A DNA stretch of 64,000 bases from Candidatus Terraquivivens tengchongensis (GCA_023261845.1 JALNJZ010000005.1:39237-103236), one strand, 5' to 3'. Counted from the stretch's first letter, positions 40,619 to 50,143 are shown. Translations and numbers: made by a program. Notes: a model not told the origin generated them from the letters alone.

Positions 40619-40900
40619 TTGAAGGCTGAGATCGGGAGAATATGCTTTAAGACGGTAGGTAGAGAGGCTGGACAGAAGTGTGTGATCGTTGGTGTTATCG
40701 ATAAAAATTTTGTTTTGGTGACGGGTCCGAAAAGTTTGACCGGTGTCAAACGCAGGAGGGTGAACGTTTCACACCTAGCTTTTACGCCGTATAAATTGAA
40801 CATAAAGGAGAATGCATCAGACGAAGAAATTCTAAAGACCATACAGGAATCCGGACTCATGGATTTTATGAAAGAGGGGGCGAAGGCTAAGTTTGAATAG
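40619..40900 (+). CDS. rpl14e: 50S ribosomal protein L14e
   Basis: GRICFKTVGREAG.KCVIV, TGP...TGVKRRRVN..HL. Confidence 0.95.
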   Translation: MKAEIGRICFKTVGREAGQKCVIVGVIDKNFVLVTGPKSLTGVKRRRVNVSHLAFTPYKLNIKENASDEEILKTIQESGLMDFMKEGAKAKFE

Positions 40901-41944
40901 TATAGTCGAGGGGATCACTCCGCCTTGGCAGCATGAAAGAAGGACGGTAGTGAGGCTTGAGGCTGAAACAGACCCAAGCTACGGATACGACCCATACGAG
41001 AGACCTGTTAAGATGCACTTGAGGCTAGGCGTTATCAACCTCGATAAACCAAGGGGGCCTACAAGCCACGAAGTATCCTCAAAAGTGAAAGATTTGTTAG
41101 GTGTTGAACGGGCTGGTCATGGCGGGACCCTAGGAGGCTTAAAGCCTGGGGACATCCTGCTGTTTCCGGTGTGCTACCTATACTGCTAGAAGAATCTACA
41201 AAATGTGCCAGAGCGATCATGCAAACCGGAAAAGAATATATCTGTTTGATGAGGTTACACGGTGACGTTTCTGACGAAAAACTCCTTGAGGCGATAAAGC
41301 TCTTCACTGGACAGATATATCAAATACCGCCAGTAAGGTCGTCTGTTGCGAGAAAGCCTAGGATAAGGACGATATACTATGCGGAGATAATTGAACGGAA
41401 CGGCAGGGACGTCTTAATGAGGGTAGCCTGCTCTGGCGGGACTTACATAAGAAAGTATTGCTATGATCTAGGGCTATACTTGGGGTGCGGAGCACATATG
41501 CAAGAACTTAGGAGAACAAAGGCCGGGCCTTATGATGAGGGTGATTCGGTCACCTTATTGGATGTGTATGAAGCTGTTAAGCTTTATAAAGAAAACGGTG
41601 AAGAACGCGCTCTAAGAAGCGTCATTCAACCTGTGGAGACTACTGTCAAGCTATTACCGAAGGTATATGTGTTAGATTCAGCCGTTGACGCTATATGTCA
41701 CGGGGCTGACCTAGCTGTGGTCGGCATATCTAAGCTTGATGAGAAAATAAAACGCGGCGATGAGGTTGCCATCATGACGCTAAAAGGCGAGCTAGTCGCA
41801 TTTGGTAGGGCGCAGATGAGTACTGAAGAGATTTTAGAATCTAGTAAGGGAATAGCCGTGGATACCGAGAGAGTCATCATGGATAGAGGTACTTACCCTT
41901 CAGTCTGGAAAAAAGGTGGCAAAGATTTTAATGGTTCAACTTAA
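40893..41944 (+). CDS. cbf5: H/ACA pseudouridine synthase Cbf5, spliced join(40893..41133,41154..41944), 343 aa
   Basis: LDKPRGPTSHEV, then GHGGTL-D-PAVSGVLP restored only after removing 20 nt; KEY, QIPP, GTYIR, PUA domain. Confidence 0.95.
41134..41153 (+). other. 20-nt mRNA intron with bulge-helix-bulge motif in cbf5
   Basis: GGCGGGA-CCCU-AG^G-AGGCU(UAA)AGCCU-GGGG-AC^A-UCCUGCU; removal restores the frame and the catalytic GAT codon. Confidence 0.93.
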
Positions 41945-41969
41945 CCTAAAGTTTTAGAAAGAACTTATC

Positions 41970-42055
41970 GCCGGGGTAGCCTAGCGGATAAGGCGCAGGC
42001 CTTGAGAGCCTGTGACCCGATGAGGGTCGCCTGGGTTCAAATCCCAGCCCCGGCG
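41970..42055 (+). tRNA. tRNA-Ser(UGA), intronless, long variable arm, CCA not encoded
   Basis: Acceptor GCCGGGG/CCCCGGC, anticodon arm CAGGC-CT TGA GA-GCCTG, T-loop TTCAAAT, discriminator G. Confidence 0.95.
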
Positions 42056-42076
42056 CTTCTGTTAAAAATCAACCTC

Positions 42077-42124
42077 AATTAGTTCAGCATGTCGGGAAAA
42101 TTTTTCTGCTCTGCTGAACTAATA
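42077..42124. repeat. 48-bp inverted-repeat element, copy 2 (opposite orientation to copy 1)
   Basis: AATTAGTTCAGCA-22 nt-TGCTGAACTAATA; spacer resembles the reverse complement of the copy 1 spacer. Confidence 0.85.
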
Positions 42125-42203
42125 ACTCTATATACTCTAAGAAGAACAAATAGAGTGTGGAATTTTTAAACTCCACAGCTGAGCGTACGAATCCCAGGAC
42201 GGG

Positions 42204-43661
42204 TTAATTTTCGCTTCTGTTTAAAAGCTTGATTTTGAGCTGATAGGCAGACAGCAGCAAGGCCACGCTCATGATTACCGCCATCATCAAGAAGGAGTTC
42301 GATATCCTCATGTAAATTTTTTCCAAAGGCACATCGTTTAAATTTTCCACATGACCTTCTGATATTATTAACTTTGTTGCTATTTCATAAGATGTAGAGC
42401 TTACCAACGAAAGCATAGCGATGTTTAAACTAACAAGGAAGCCGATGTTGAACGAAAACGTCCTGATAGCTGATGCCACGCCTCTTTTCTCAGGGGGGAT
42501 TGAGGTCATTATAGCACTCGTGTTTGGAGCAATGAAAAGACCCGCACCTATCCCGAAGAGGAAAACGTATGTCATCAAATACTCCAAGCTCGCACTCATT
42601 CCCAATCTTGAGAGCATGTAAAGCGAGGCTGAGGCCATTAAGAGCCCCGTTGTCGCTACTGGAGCGAAGCCAAAGTTATCTGATAACCTTCCGCCTACAA
42701 TACCGAAGATCAGAAACGATAACTCGAAGGGTGTTAATAGCATGCCAGTTAACGAAGCAGAGTAGCTCCTTACAACCTCGATGAATATTACCAACAACGT
42801 TATAAAAGACCCGAACCCTATCGCATACAAAAATTGAGTAGTTATTCCATTTGAAAATTGCCGTATTTTGAAGATCGATAAGTCAAGAGCCCTGCATTCG
42901 CTCTTGCGTTCATGAATTATGAAAAATGCTAACGATATCATAGAAATTAAGAAAAAGATTGGAATAACATATCCCCAACTTTTAACGTTCATCATCATGG
43001 TTAGCGAAGATGCTAGAAACATCACGAAGATCGTGAATAGTATAAATCCAATCCGATCTAAGCAACGATTGCTTGTGGGTCTGTACGTTTCCTTTAAGCT
43101 TTTCAAGCTCCATATGTAGGATGCGATTCCTATCGGAAAGTTGATCAAGTATATCCACCTCCATCCTAAGTAGTCTATGATTATACCACTAAACGTCAAA
43201 CCTACGATTGCACCAACCCTCCACGCGATCTGGTTTAGCCCAAGCCACGTTCCCAGCATATTCTTAGGAATGTTATCTGTTAGTATTGTTATGCTCAAAG
43301 TCATCAAGAATGCAGCACCTATACCTTGGATTATCCTGAAGATTGTCAAAAGCGGAGCGTTAGTAGCTAAACCGGAGCCGAGGCCACTTAATGAGAAGAT
43401 CAGCAGGCCGATATTAAAGAGCCTGACCCTTCCATAAATGTCGGCTAAGCCTCCAACAATCAACTGAATTATTGTTGACCCTACCATGAAGCCCTGTATT
43501 ATCCAAATGACCTCGTCGATGCCGCAGTTTAATTCGTGAACGATTACTGGAAAGCCAACTGCTGCTAGCCTAACGTTCAACCCAGTTATAAAGGATGCTA
43601 CAGTTGTTACGGATACGATGCTCAACATCCTCTTCTTGTCAATGCCATTCGTTGCACTCAA
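42204..43661 (-). CDS. MFS transporter, DHA2/EmrB-like (about 14 TM)
   Basis: GGLADIYGRVR, RIIQGIG, WRWIYLINFPIG, DLSIFK, GRLSDNFG. Confidence 0.9.
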   Translation of the reverse strand: MSATNGIDKKRMLSIVSVTTVASFITGLNVRLAAVGFPVIVHELNCGIDEVIWIIQGFMVGSTIIQLIVGGLADIYGRVRLFNIGLLIFSLSGLGSGLATNAPLLTIFRIIQGIGAAFLMTLSITILTDNIPKNMLGTWLGLNQIAWRVGAIVGLTFSGIIIDYLGWRWIYLINFPIGIASYIWSLKSLKETYRPTSNRCLDRIGFILFTIFVMFLASSLTMMMNVKSWGYVIPIFFLISMISLAFFIIHERKSECRALDLSIFKIRQFSNGITTQFLYAIGFGSFITLLVIFIEVVRSYSASLTGMLLTPFELSFLIFGIVGGRLSDNFGFAPVATTGLLMASASLYMLSRLGMSASLEYLMTYVFLFGIGAGLFIAPNTSAIMTSIPPEKRGVASAIRTFSFNIGFLVSLNIAMLSLVSSTSYEIATKLIISEGHVENLNDVPLEKIYMRISNSFLMMAVIMSVALLLSAYQLKIKLLNRSEN

Positions 43662-43815
43662 CCCCTATTGCCGCTTTTTTATTTAAAGCCGTGATAAGAG
43701 AATTAAAAAACCTAATTTTTCATCCGACTATTCGGTGATCAAAACAACTCGGACAAACATTCAAAGTGATTAAAGATCATCTTAAAGGTTAAAGGTTACA
43801 TCGTACCCTTAAAAG

Positions 43816-44937
43816 TTGGGTATGGCAAAATGCCTACTTTGCGGTAAAATCTCTAACGCAATATCGAGCAGCATTGGTTTATGTATCGAATGCATAAGAG
43901 CTAAACCGGATGACGTCATCCTAACCATAATGCAGAAGCATGCAGATGCGAGGATTATGTACAACTTACCTCCTAAGCCACCTAAGGGTACAGGGTTAAG
44001 ATGTACAATATGCGCCAACGAGTGCGTAATAGGGGACGGTGAGAGTGGTTTCTGTGGCATTAGGCGCAATGTTGGAGGGAAGTTCGTTTCGCTTTCTACG
44101 CCCGAGAAAGCACCGCTTCATTATTACCTCGACCCCCATGTAACAAACTGTTGTGCAGCTTGGTTCTGTCCTGCTGGTACGGGTTCTGGGTATCCAAAGT
44201 ACGCATGTAGGAAAGGACCTGAATATGGATACTACAACTTGGCGATATTCTTCTACGGATGCAACTTTGATTGTCTATTTTGTCAGAACTGGAGCCATAA
44301 GGAGATAAATGCCTCGTCGCAAGTCACCGCAGAAGAACTGCTCAACGTTACGTTGAAAAACGAAAAGATAACGTGCTGGTGCTTCTTCGGAGGATCTCCA
44401 GAACCACATTTGCCATTCGCCATAAATGCTTCGCGAAAGGTTCTGGAATCGATAAAGGACGGGAGGGTCGTTAGAATATGCTTCGAGTGGAATGGTTGCG
44501 GTAATGAACGTCTGGTCAAGAGGTGCGGTGAATTGGCATTCATTAGCGGCGGAAACATAAAGTTCGACCTGAAGGCTTTTGATCCTATGCTTAGTTTGGC
44601 GCTAAGCGGTGTTAAGAATGACAGGGCTTACGAAAACTTTAGCACGTTGTTCAACGAATTTTACAGGGAAAGGAGAGATTTACCCGTCCTTACGGCTACT
44701 ACGCCCTTAGTTTCAGGTTATGTTGATGAGAAAGAGGTGGAAAATATTGCAAAGTTCATATCGGAACATGATGAAAACATACCATACAGCCTGCTAATCT
44801 TTCATCCGGACTACATGATGCGCGACCTAACGATAACGCCCGTCTCTCAAGTAAAAAAGTGCGTTGCTGCAGCAAAAAAATACCTGAAAAACGTCAACGT
44901 AGGGAACGTGCACCTTCTCAGCATAGCACCGCCTTAG
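43816..44937 (+). CDS. Radical SAM protein (PflA/AmmeMemoRadiSam-like) with extra N-terminal Cys motifs
   Basis: GCNFDCLFCQN (CX3CX2C), CTICANEC, FCGIR, FDLKA, FHPDY. Confidence 0.85.
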   Translation: MGMAKCLLCGKISNAISSSIGLCIECIRAKPDDVILTIMQKHADARIMYNLPPKPPKGTGLRCTICANECVIGDGESGFCGIRRNVGGKFVSLSTPEKAPLHYYLDPHVTNCCAAWFCPAGTGSGYPKYACRKGPEYGYYNLAIFFYGCNFDCLFCQNWSHKEINASSQVTAEELLNVTLKNEKITCWCFFGGSPEPHLPFAINASRKVLESIKDGRVVRICFEWNGCGNERLVKRCGELAFISGGNIKFDLKAFDPMLSLALSGVKNDRAYENFSTLFNEFYRERRDLPVLTATTPLVSGYVDEKEVENIAKFISEHDENIPYSLLIFHPDYMMRDLTITPVSQVKKCVAAAKKYLKNVNVGNVHLLSIAPP

Positions 44938-44941
44938 CCAT

Positions 44942-46063
44942 TTAGGATACAGGTTTGTAAACGATGTTTAAAGATTCGGCAAACGTATAAGCCTCTTCCA
45001 TTTCCTGAAACGTTGGCCTGCGTGCTATATCTGGATACTCATTAGGTCTTTTGGCAACGATGTACTCAGGCCTATATTGCTCCATTATGTTTACTAAAGC
45101 TCTAGGACAATTTTCGGATATCCATCTTAGGACAGGTTTAGTGCAGCAGTCTAGATGGCCCGGCAATACGAGATGTCTGATTATCATATCGCTAGAATCG
45201 TGCGCTATTTTGTGGTTCCTTGATACGACTTCGAAGTAACGTGGAACCTTCGAGAGTCTGATTGCGCAGTTGTCGTTCCCATATTTGAAGTCCGGTAACC
45301 ATATGTCTATGACATCAACCAAGAGCCTCATGCTTTCTAAAGACATGTACATGTTGCTGTTCCAGAGCATCGGCACGTTCGTCTCAAGATGTCTAATGCC
45401 TTCAAGTATTGTGTGAAGGTTTGGTGTGGGCTCACCACCGACGAAGTTTATGTTCAGTGCACCGGTAGTTCTCAGCTCCCTCATTATGAGGGCCAGTCTT
45501 TTCCCATCAACCTCTGCACCGTTGAGCGGGTCTTGTGATATATCCCAATTCTGGCAAAAGACACACTTGAAGGTACAGCCTGCGAAGAATATGGTTCCAG
45601 AACCGCCGTAACCCACTAAGGGCGGTTCTTCTCCGAAGTGATGGAACCATGTGGAGACTCTAGACTTATTATCGACCTTACACGTACCAAGTTTTTTAGC
45701 CTCGTACCTGTTCACTTTGCACTTCCACTCGCAAAAATGGCAGCTTTTTAGCATCCTTTTAGCGATCTCGACCTTTAGGTCGATATAGCTCACAGCCGCC
45801 GGTTTCAGTTCATCCAGTATCATCCTATCATTCTTTATATCGTTCAAGACCTCGTTGAAGATCCTACTGAGCCTCTCATGCTCTTCCCAAAGCCTTTCGT
45901 CCGAGCTGGACTCCATGCTTACTTCGCAGGCTATCCTTTTCGCGATAAGAAACTTTGCGGGCTTTAAATTGTTCATAACATTATAGTACCACTTAAGCCT
46001 CTCCCTAACCTCTCGGTCTTGCCATACAGATGTTGCGAATAGACGCCTCACGGATGCTCTCAA
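44942..46063 (-). CDS. Radical SAM protein, PflX-like
   Basis: CHFCEWKC, HFGEEP, GSGTIFFAGCTFKCVFCQN, PDFKYG, IIRHLVLPG, MEQYRP. Confidence 0.88.
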   Translation of the reverse strand: MRASVRRLFATSVWQDREVRERLKWYYNVMNNLKPAKFLIAKRIACEVSMESSSDERLWEEHERLSRIFNEVLNDIKNDRMILDELKPAAVSYIDLKVEIAKRMLKSCHFCEWKCKVNRYEAKKLGTCKVDNKSRVSTWFHHFGEEPPLVGYGGSGTIFFAGCTFKCVFCQNWDISQDPLNGAEVDGKRLALIMRELRTTGALNINFVGGEPTPNLHTILEGIRHLETNVPMLWNSNMYMSLESMRLLVDVIDIWLPDFKYGNDNCAIRLSKVPRYFEVVSRNHKIAHDSSDMIIRHLVLPGHLDCCTKPVLRWISENCPRALVNIMEQYRPEYIVAKRPNEYPDIARRPTFQEMEEAYTFAESLNIVYKPVS

Positions 46064-46093
46064 CTAATTTTATGCTGAGGTTACTAATCAAGT

Positions 46094-46723
46094 TTAGGCG
46101 CGGGCACCCTCTAGCACATAAAATCCAATACCGCTTGCTATGAATTCTATCGCTATGGCCGCTGTAAAGACGGCCATCAACCTTGAAATAACAACCGAGC
46201 CCGTCTCACCTAGGAAGTTGTTTATGGGCTCTATAGCCCTAAGTATTAGCCAAGTTATGAGCAAAACAACCATAACTGATATCACAGTTATAAGCACACC
46301 GGCCGTCCGGATGTTAACTATGGTTAATGTTATAGCACCAGGTCCGACCAGCAAAGGAAACGCGATGGGCACAACACCTATGCTTCTGCTAGACAAGTGC
46401 TTTTCTTCCCACATACCGTGGATGAGTATTTTAATGGATATTATGAGTAGCAGAAGGCCACCCGCTATCCTGAAGCTGTGAATGGAGATGTTAAACACCG
46501 AAAGGATACTCTGACCGGCCAACGCGAAGACATTAAGCAGGACGAAGGAAATGATTATAGCCGTCCTGAACGTTCTATACCTTTCCTCCCTATTCATATT
46601 GCTGGTTAAACCTATGAATATTGGCACATTTCCGATAGGATCAACTATGATAAAGAGTGCGATGATGGACTTAACAAGTTCATCGATTGCTATTTCCATA
46701 CACAAATCCCCATCAATTGTCAA
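46094..46723 (-). CDS. MarC-family membrane protein
   Basis: IVDPIGNVPIF, FRIAGG, VVPIAFPLLVGPGAI, SRLM. Confidence 0.9.
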   Translation of the reverse strand: MTIDGDLCMEIAIDELVKSIIALFIIVDPIGNVPIFIGLTSNMNREERYRTFRTAIIISFVLLNVFALAGQSILSVFNISIHSFRIAGGLLLLIISIKILIHGMWEEKHLSSRSIGVVPIAFPLLVGPGAITLTIVNIRTAGVLITVISVMVVLLITWLILRAIEPINNFLGETGSVVISRLMAVFTAAIAIEFIASGIGFYVLEGARA

Positions 46724-46738
46724 TTAAAGTTTTACGTG

Positions 46739-47623
46739 TTATCGATAAACCATCGACCTTGCTTTGAACTCTATAACTACATGCTCCCTCGTTGCAGAGT
46801 AGGATTTTACAATCCTTGAATTTATTAGCGTAGCCGAATAACCTAAATGGAGACACAATTCACTTACCTTCTTCCAAAGCTCATCTTTTCCAGTCCCTCT
46901 TCTCACGAGCTCATGAAAATGAATCGTAGCACCTTCAGGTTTAATAGCGCTTAGGGCTGCCGGTAAGGCTTCTATCGTTCCACCGAAATAACCCATTATA
47001 ATCCTATCCGCTACACGGCCAAGCGCCGGTGTCAATTCTCTACAATCACCAAGCATAGGTTCTACTATATGCTCGACGTTGTTGAGCGCTGTGTTTATCT
47101 TAAGATACTTGTAAGCCTCCTCGTTAATCTCTATGGCGTAAACTTTGGAAGGCTTTGAAATCACGGCGCACGGTATTGAAAACTGACCTATGCCAGCGAA
47201 CATATCAACCACTACCTCTCCGGGCCTAACGGATTTTGCGGTCCTGAGGCGTTCGTAACTATTTCCCAAACATAGCATCAATTTTGACACGTCAAGCATG
47301 AACTTGTATCCGTGTTCTTTGTGAATAGTTTCGGTATTTGGGTCACCGTAAATCAGCTCCACAATTGGCTGCCTTAGCTTGCCGACGATGCCGCGTAACC
47401 TTAAAACTGTCTTCACCGTTGGGTAGAATTCTACAACGGCCTTGCCCAACTCCTCCGGATTTATTCCCTTGTCTTGAAACCTTACGAGCGCTATGTGTCC
47501 TATGATCTTAGCTTTTTTAGGAAGGGCGCTTGGGTCAACATCTGCGAACCTTGACTTTAAGAATTCTCTCAACGAAGTCCGTCGTAAGGTAAGCACCCCC
47601 TGAGCGCCCCTTATCTTAGACAT
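46739..47623 (-). CDS. Trm5/Taw2 (Met-10+ like) tRNA-modifying SAM-dependent transferase
   Basis: IIGHIA, TETIHKEHG, GN..ER.R, DMFAGIGQF, ADRIIMG. Confidence 0.85.
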   Translation of the reverse strand: MSKIRGAQGVLTLRRTSLREFLKSRFADVDPSALPKKAKIIGHIALVRFQDKGINPEELGKAVVEFYPTVKTVLRLRGIVGKLRQPIVELIYGDPNTETIHKEHGYKFMLDVSKLMLCLGNSYERLRTAKSVRPGEVVVDMFAGIGQFSIPCAVISKPSKVYAIEINEEAYKYLKINTALNNVEHIVEPMLGDCRELTPALGRVADRIIMGYFGGTIEALPAALSAIKPEGATIHFHELVRRGTGKDELWKKVSELCLHLGYSATLINSRIVKSYSATREHVVIEFKARSMVYR

Positions 47624-47664
47624 TAATGCGTATATACGTGCTTCTTTTGAGGGGCTTCACGGCG

Positions 47665-47865
47665 TCATTTTACTTTAACAGCATAGTAGCCTTCTTTCTT
47701 AATGTTTAGGAGTGCGGCTATCTCTGAATTTTCCGGCTTTATGAGGATTAGGAGGCCCTGATATGTTGAGGCAAGATTTGTAGACCCGCATACATCACAT
47801 GCGTCGTCCGACACTATTCTTTTACAGTTCCTGCACACTTTTTCTCTAACCGACGCTTGTTTCAA
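47665..47865 (-). CDS. spt4: Transcription elongation factor Spt4 (RpoE'')
   Basis: CRNC...CDVCGS, SEIA, GYYAVKV. Confidence 0.92.
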   Translation of the reverse strand: MKQASVREKVCRNCKRIVSDDACDVCGSTNLASTYQGLLILIKPENSEIAALLNIKKEGYYAVKVK

Positions 47866-48427
47866 CCTTGCTCTCAAACCCCTTTAACTTTTTCGTTTCT
47901 TCCTTTATCCATTCAATCTTGCCCAAGAACGGTTGTCTAGTTGTTATACCGATCTTGCCTGAAGCACCACCCGTCAACGATACGGCAACTATTCTAGCCC
48001 TAACACTATCACCTAAGACTAGCTTTTTCCCTGTTTTCTTCCCGGTCAATATAGAGTGCTTTTCGTCGTAATCTAGGTAATCGTCCATTATTTGAGATAT
48101 ATGCAACAGGGCATCCACTGGCCCTATTCTCACGAAAGCTCCAAAATCTGTAAGCTCAACTATTTCCCCTTCCACCACTTCTTGAATCTTCGGCAAATAT
48201 GTAAGAAGCTTTAACCTGCACTTATGATATGTCGAGCCGTTTCGTGGTAAAAGATACCCAACTGGTTCAACGTTAACATCAACTATCGCTATGATGTATC
48301 CAAGCTCGTCGTCGATTATACCTTCGTATACGTTCTTCAACTGTTGCATAGCAACCTCTTTTAACGGTTTGTGGAATTCTTTTGGAGGAATACCTATTGC
48401 CTCTTCAATCTCAAATAACATGAACAA
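47846..48427 (-). CDS. rpo7: RNA polymerase subunit Rpo7 (E')
   Basis: IPP..F, EVVEGEI, FGAFVRIGPVDALLHISQIMDD, RQPFLGK.EW. Confidence 0.95.
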   Translation of the reverse strand: MFMLFEIEEAIGIPPKEFHKPLKEVAMQQLKNVYEGIIDDELGYIIAIVDVNVEPVGYLLPRNGSTYHKCRLKLLTYLPKIQEVVEGEIVELTDFGAFVRIGPVDALLHISQIMDDYLDYDEKHSILTGKKTGKKLVLGDSVRARIVAVSLTGGASGKIGITTRQPFLGKIEWIKEETKKLKGFESKVETSVG

Positions 48428-48500
48428 CTCTTGAGCACCCTTTTACCACTGATTAAACTAACTTATTACGCCATTCTCTACTTGGCCTAATATATACTTT

Positions 48501-48890
48501 TCAGGGAATAAAGCCGTCTGTCTTCACCTCCCCTTTTTTGTTAACATATATTATGCAGATGCCGGCGTTTCTCAGGCTTCTCCTCAGCCCATTATCCGAC
48601 GTTAATACGGGCAACCCTAGCGCTTTGGCTGCTCTGAGTAGGACGAGGTCCACGTCCCCCTCCTTTATGTCCACCTCCAGTTGCTCCATCGTCTCGCAAA
48701 AGATGAGGGCTAAGCCTGCCCTTCTGGCCTTTACGCCCCTACCCTTTGCAAGGGATTCGAGCTCTTTAACAACATTAGGTATTACGACAGGGATTATTTT
48801 CGTGCCCAGCTTCTCTTCAACTCTTGCAAGCAGATCCGCACCCAACTCTGCTATTCTCATTAAAAAGCTCGTATCAACAAGCGCTTTCAA
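48501..48890 (-). CDS. PIN-domain protein (Fcf1/Utp24-like)
   Basis: LVDTSFL, V.KEL, DVD, LTSD..LR; usual position between aIF2-gamma and rpoE. Confidence 0.85.
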   Translation of the reverse strand: MKALVDTSFLMRIAELGADLLARVEEKLGTKIIPVVIPNVVKELESLAKGRGVKARRAGLALIFCETMEQLEVDIKEGDVDLVLLRAAKALGLPVLTSDNGLRRSLRNAGICIIYVNKKGEVKTDGFIP

Positions 48891-48898
48891 AGCAAGAG

Positions 48899-50143
48899 CT
48901 ATCTCACTATACCATAACCTATTAATCTCCAACCCGTACCTATCTTTCTACTTATTGTCACCCTGTCACCCACGTTGACGCACACCGGTCTTGTGAGCGC
49001 AAACTCTATCATCGTGCCCGTCTTTTTTGTCACAACACCTTTTACTACTGCAGAGTAGGCGTTTATGACCAGTTGCTCTTTTTCTGATAATGCTTTAACC
49101 TCAACATCACCTTCAAGACCGACAACTTTGTTGAAAAGTTCGTACTCCAAATGGAGATTGTACATTGTTGGCGGTAGAGTTCCTGGCTTACCTGCAATAT
49201 TTCCGGTCAAGCCATCTGATTTTGTTAACGATGGGTCAAGTTCCGTTTCGATACCCGTCAAGCCACCGCTTACTGCTTCCTTAACATCCCTACCACCAGC
49301 ACGTATGTTCACAACTCTGGTGTATAACGGCTCGTAGTTCCCTTGGGGTTTGTCTGGGTTCTTCGGCAAACCTGGCGCTATCTCTATCTCATCGTCCACA
49401 CGCACCACTCCCTGAGTTATCGAGCCACCTATGACCCCTCCTCTAAGCTCGTCCGCACGCGTTCCGGGACAGTTCACGTCAAACGACCTTAATATCGGCA
49501 TCATAAAAGGCAAGTCCAAGTTTCTTTTAGGCGTAGGAATATACTTCTGGATTGCATAAAGCAGGACGTCTATGCCTAAGTTATGCTGACCAGATACAGG
49601 TATTATAGGAGCATTTGCGACCTTTGAATCTTTGATAAACTCTCTAATCTCTTCATAATTCTGCAACGCTCTCTCTTTCGTTACCAGATCGATCTTATTT
49701 TGGGAAAATATCAGCTTATTGATACCTAATATCTTCACCGCGTGAAAGTGCTCGCTATCTTGGAGTTGGGGGAAATTGAATCTCGCATCAACTACGAACA
49801 GCGCTCCATCAAAAAGAGGTGCACTTGAAAGCATAGTAATCATCAATGAATGATGACCCGGACAGTCTATGAATGAAATCGCCCTTTCGAACTCGGTTTT
49901 TGAGCCACATCTGGGACAAACCTCCTCTGTCGTATAGTTGTAAGGTTCTTCACAAGAGGGGCATCTATAGATTGGAGCATCCGCATACCCTATCCTTATT
50001 GTGATGCCACGCTTAAGTTCTTCAGAATGTCTTGCCGTCCATACACCAGTAATGCTCTGCACGATCGTCGTCTTTCCATTGTCAACATGACCTAACGTTC
50101 CTATGTTAACCTCAGGTTGCTTTGGTAGTGGCTTGCTCATCAT
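48899..50143 (-). CDS. eif2g: Translation initiation factor aIF2 gamma
   Basis: QPEVNIG, GHVDNGKTT, RGITIRIGYA, Zn knuckle, DCPGH, NKID, WRLIGYG. Confidence 0.96.
   Translation of the reverse strand: MMSKPLPKQPEVNIGTLGHVDNGKTTIVQSITGVWTARHSEELKRGITIRIGYADAPIYRCPSCEEPYNYTTEEVCPRCGSKTEFERAISFIDCPGHHSLMITMLSSAPLFDGALFVVDARFNFPQLQDSEHFHAVKILGINKLIFSQNKIDLVTKERALQNYEEIREFIKDSKVANAPIIPVSGQHNLGIDVLLYAIQKYIPTPKRNLDLPFMMPILRSFDVNCPGTRADELRGGVIGGSITQGVVRVDDEIEIAPGLPKNPDKPQGNYEPLYTRVVNIRAGGRDVKEAVSGGLTGIETELDPSLTKSDGLTGNIAGKPGTLPPTMYNLHLEYELFNKVVGLEGDVEVKALSEKEQLVINAYSAVVKGVVTKKTGTMIEFALTRPVCVNVGDRVTISRKIGTGWRLIGYGIVR

Noticed and set aside
40893-41944. cbf5 as a frameshifted pseudogene or programmed frameshift
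   Set aside because: A strict BHB intron at the catalytic codon explains the frame change exactly.
41970-42055. tRNA-Sec or UGA suppressor
   Set aside because: The anticodon is UGA (reads UCA, Ser), not UCA, and the acceptor stem is a normal 7 bp.
43731-43740. TTCGGTGATC shared with 27763-27772 near Fe-S enzyme genes
   Set aside because: A single shared 10-mer is expected by chance, and one copy is downstream rather than upstream of its gene.
41970-43800. Integrated element at tRNA-Ser
   Set aside because: No integrase and no duplicated tRNA 3' end seen in the window.
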